Below, one piece after another: positions 61,501-64,000 of a DNA stretch of 64,000 bases (positions are counted from its first letter, which is position 1; each line of letters opens with the position of its first letter). Source of the stretch: Azolla caroliniana. Taxonomy: Eukaryota; Plantae; Polypodiophyta. The DNA is taken from the NCBI GenBank assembly GCA_043228905.1, contig JBHGNT010000017.1, positions 9,734,001 through 9,798,000 on the forward strand. The letters are read 5' to 3'. The position numbers and the translations under genes were made by a program. The notes beneath the pieces are model-generated. The model was not told the DNA's origin, searched no databases, and was given only the letters and a program-made list of their open reading frames with translations.

Positions 61501-64000
61501 CATTCCTCGCGCAGGAAGCCGAGGAGACGGTTTACGCGCAAAGAGAAAGGGAAGAAGAAGGTGTCGGATTCCGGCACGGATAGCAACGACTCAGACCGAC
61601 GCGAGTCCGATTCTGAGGGAACCGGTGACGGATCTTTAAAGATGAAGACCGTGTCGACCGAGAAGGCCTCGACATCGGCTAATGCGAGATTACGCCAATC
61701 TACCCGCCAGAAGAATCCTGTTTTGCGGTTCGGATACAACGAGTACATGGCGCATCATTATGCGTGCATGAACCGTGTAGCGGAAGTGCGTGAGCCGGAG
61801 AGCTACGCAGAAGCGGCTAAAGACGCGAATTGGCGTGCTGCGATGGAGGAAGAGATGCACGCATTGGCAGAGAACGAGACCTGGACCTGGTTGACACACC
61901 AACAGGGGTAAAACCGATCGGGTTTAGGTGGGTGTACAAGGTCAAGTACAACACTGATGGCTCGGTCACCCGGTACAAGGCTCGGCTAGTGGCAAAGGGC
62001 TACGCGCAGAACACGACATCGACTACGATGAGACATTTGCACCGGTCGCGAAAATGACGACCGTCCGTGTTTTGCTCGCAGTAGCCGCGACCAAGGGGTG
62101 GCACCTACATGAAATGGATGTAAAGAATGCGTTCCTGCAAGGTGACCTTGAGGAACAGGTGTACATGGTACAACGCCCCGGATTTCACTCCGGAACGAAC
62201 TCCTCGGCAATATGCCGACTGAAGAAGTCCCTTTACGGACTGAAGCAAGCCCCGCGTGCCTGGAACGCGAAGATCACGCAACAACTGCGTCGGATGGGCT
62301 TCGTCATGTCAAAATCGGACTCTTCCCTGCTCATCCGGAAAGGTCGACTCGGACCGGTTAGTATTTTACTATATGTTGATGACTTGGTCATCACCGGCGT
62401 CGACCTAGGTGAAATCGACTGCGTGAAGCTCCAGCTTGCGGCATCGTTCGACATGAAGGATCTGGAGGACCTTCATTACTTCCTCGGGATCGAAGTGATC
62501 CGTACCTTCGAAGGCATATTGATCAGCCAACGTCATTACGTGTTGGGTATGCTCTTCAAACTAGGGATGGCCGACTGTAAGTCCATCTCGACTCCTCTGG
62601 ACAGAACCGTCAAGCTTCGTCCCGATACGGGAAAGGTATGCGACCCGACAAGGTTTCGACAAATTGTCGGAAGCCTCATATACTTGACCATCACCCGACC
62701 CGACCTCAGTTATCCAGTCGGGGTAATCAGTCAGTTCATGGCGCGACCTACCGAGGAGCACCTTCAGTGTGCGCAACGCGTACTGCGGTACGTAAGCGGC
62801 ACTAAGGACCGCGGACTGCTATATCAGACCGGTGTAGCCGAGCAGTTAGTCGGCTACACCGATGCTGATTGGGTTGGCAATGCCGCCGATCGCCGATCCA
62901 CGTCTGGATACACGTTCTCCCTTAGGAGTGCCGCGATCGCGTGGAGTAGTAAGAAGCATCCGACAGTTGCACTGTCGAGCACCGAAGCTGAGTACCGAGG
63001 AGCGGCTGCCGCGACATGCGAAGCCATATGGTTGAAGCGACTACTTAAGGACCTGCAAGAGGAGGTGTCAGATCCGACGACGATCTACTGCGACAACCTC
63101 AGCAGCATCCAGCTCGCGGAGAACCCCGTTTTCCACACACGGACCAAGCACATTAAGGTGCACTACCATTTCGTTCGTGGGCGTGTCCTTTCCGGTGAAG
63201 TCGAACTTCAGTACGTTCCGACGGATCGGCAGACTGCCGACATCTTCACCAAGCCTCTTGGTCTGGACAAGTTGCGGCAATTCTTAGGTGCGCTCAGATT
63301 GCGTCACCTCGACGTGCCGAACTTGAGGGGGAGAACAGTCCCGAACGACCAAGCAAGGCAGCAGGAAAGGAGCGGAGACTGCGACACCGAGTCGGTTGTC
63401 GAGTTCGACTTCGGATCGGCTGAAGAAGCCGAGGATGGACCCGCGGAGAAGTTCGGAAGCGGACAAAAGGGGAGCAGCCGAAGGAGAGAGCCGAAGCCAA
63501 CCACGCATGGGGAAGATGATGCCACCAAGGGCGAGAAGACCGAAGACGAGTTGGAGACAACCAACTCGGATGAGAGCGAAAACCGATCGGAGGTAGCCGA
63601 GTCGGTTCGGATGTTTGCTTCAGATATGCTGAATCAACCAAGGCCTAAGCGGAAGAAAAGGCAGTAGGAGAAGTGTCAACACCGCAACAGCAAAAGATCT
63701 GATAAGGGCCACATGAGCAGACAAGCCGACCGGAAGGGTCGAAGCGCACGGAGTCGAACAGGTCGAGGAGCGCGAGCGAGGCGTAAAGCCAGGAGGAACC
63801 GGAGATGTGAGCCCGAAGATCCCGAAGAGCCTCAAGTTGAGCTTGAGGGGGAGTGTTGAGAGACAAGCTCAACATCGGCCGGATCGGCTGAAGAAGCCGA
63901 GGACCAGATCGGTTGGGACCGATCGGTTAGGCCGAGTGTGTAAACCGGGAGGTCGTTAGGAAAGATATTCCGTGAGGAATATATTTGGGAGTTAGTGTAG
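58564..64000 (+). mobile_element. Ty1/copia element L inserted in RT of K; 3' LTR runs off the window
   Basis: 5' LTR 58564-58992; PBS TGGTATCAGAGC at 58993; PPT at 63843-63853; 3' LTR from 63854 nearly identical to the 5' LTR. Confidence 0.95.
59085..63859 (+). pseudogene. gag-pol: gag-pol of copia L including the post-RNase H extension
   Basis: CWYCGKKGHRESEC; WYVDSRAS; LRSDGGKEY; LYVDDL; TKHIKVHYHFVR; stops and frameshifts present; the frame continues past a TAG at 63665 to a TGA at 63857. Confidence 0.92.

Noticed and set aside
63665-63667. SIRE-like leaky stop separating pol from an env-like ORF
   Set aside because: The stops in K are at non-homologous positions, and the tail has no hydrophobic or transmembrane segment.

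Overview
This is eukaryotic DNA, almost entirely a nested LTR-retrotransposon cluster, most likely from a non-seed land plant such as a fern or lycophyte (inferred from the retroelement lineages). No intact host gene is visible. LTR pairs, primer-binding sites (PBS), polypurine tracts (PPT) and target-site duplications (TSD) resolve about 15 elements. Copia A (4899-28169, -) contains copia B (5680-16596, -, which contains copia C 6690-12220, +), a solo LTR (19948-20373) and gypsy D (21160-27742, +) inserted in its 5' LTR. A decayed copia M is followed by an LTR, a PBS-like site and an orphan coiled-coil ORF. Gypsy E has its integrase split by two sister copias, F (32749-38157, -) and G (38366-43899, +), placed back to back. 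A deletion junction at 44100/44101 leads to copia H, inside copia I, inside chromovirus J; copia K follows with copia L inside it. Most notable: (1) a copia lineage whose Pol runs past the usual RNase H/PPT end into a frame-conserved ~180-aa acidic then Arg-rich tail lying between two PPTs; (2) a capsid-domain swap between sister copias C and H; (3) predicted -1 frameshift signals in two gypsy elements; (4) a tRNA-derived Pol III-type module inside a gypsy LTR. All alignments and identity estimates were made by eye.
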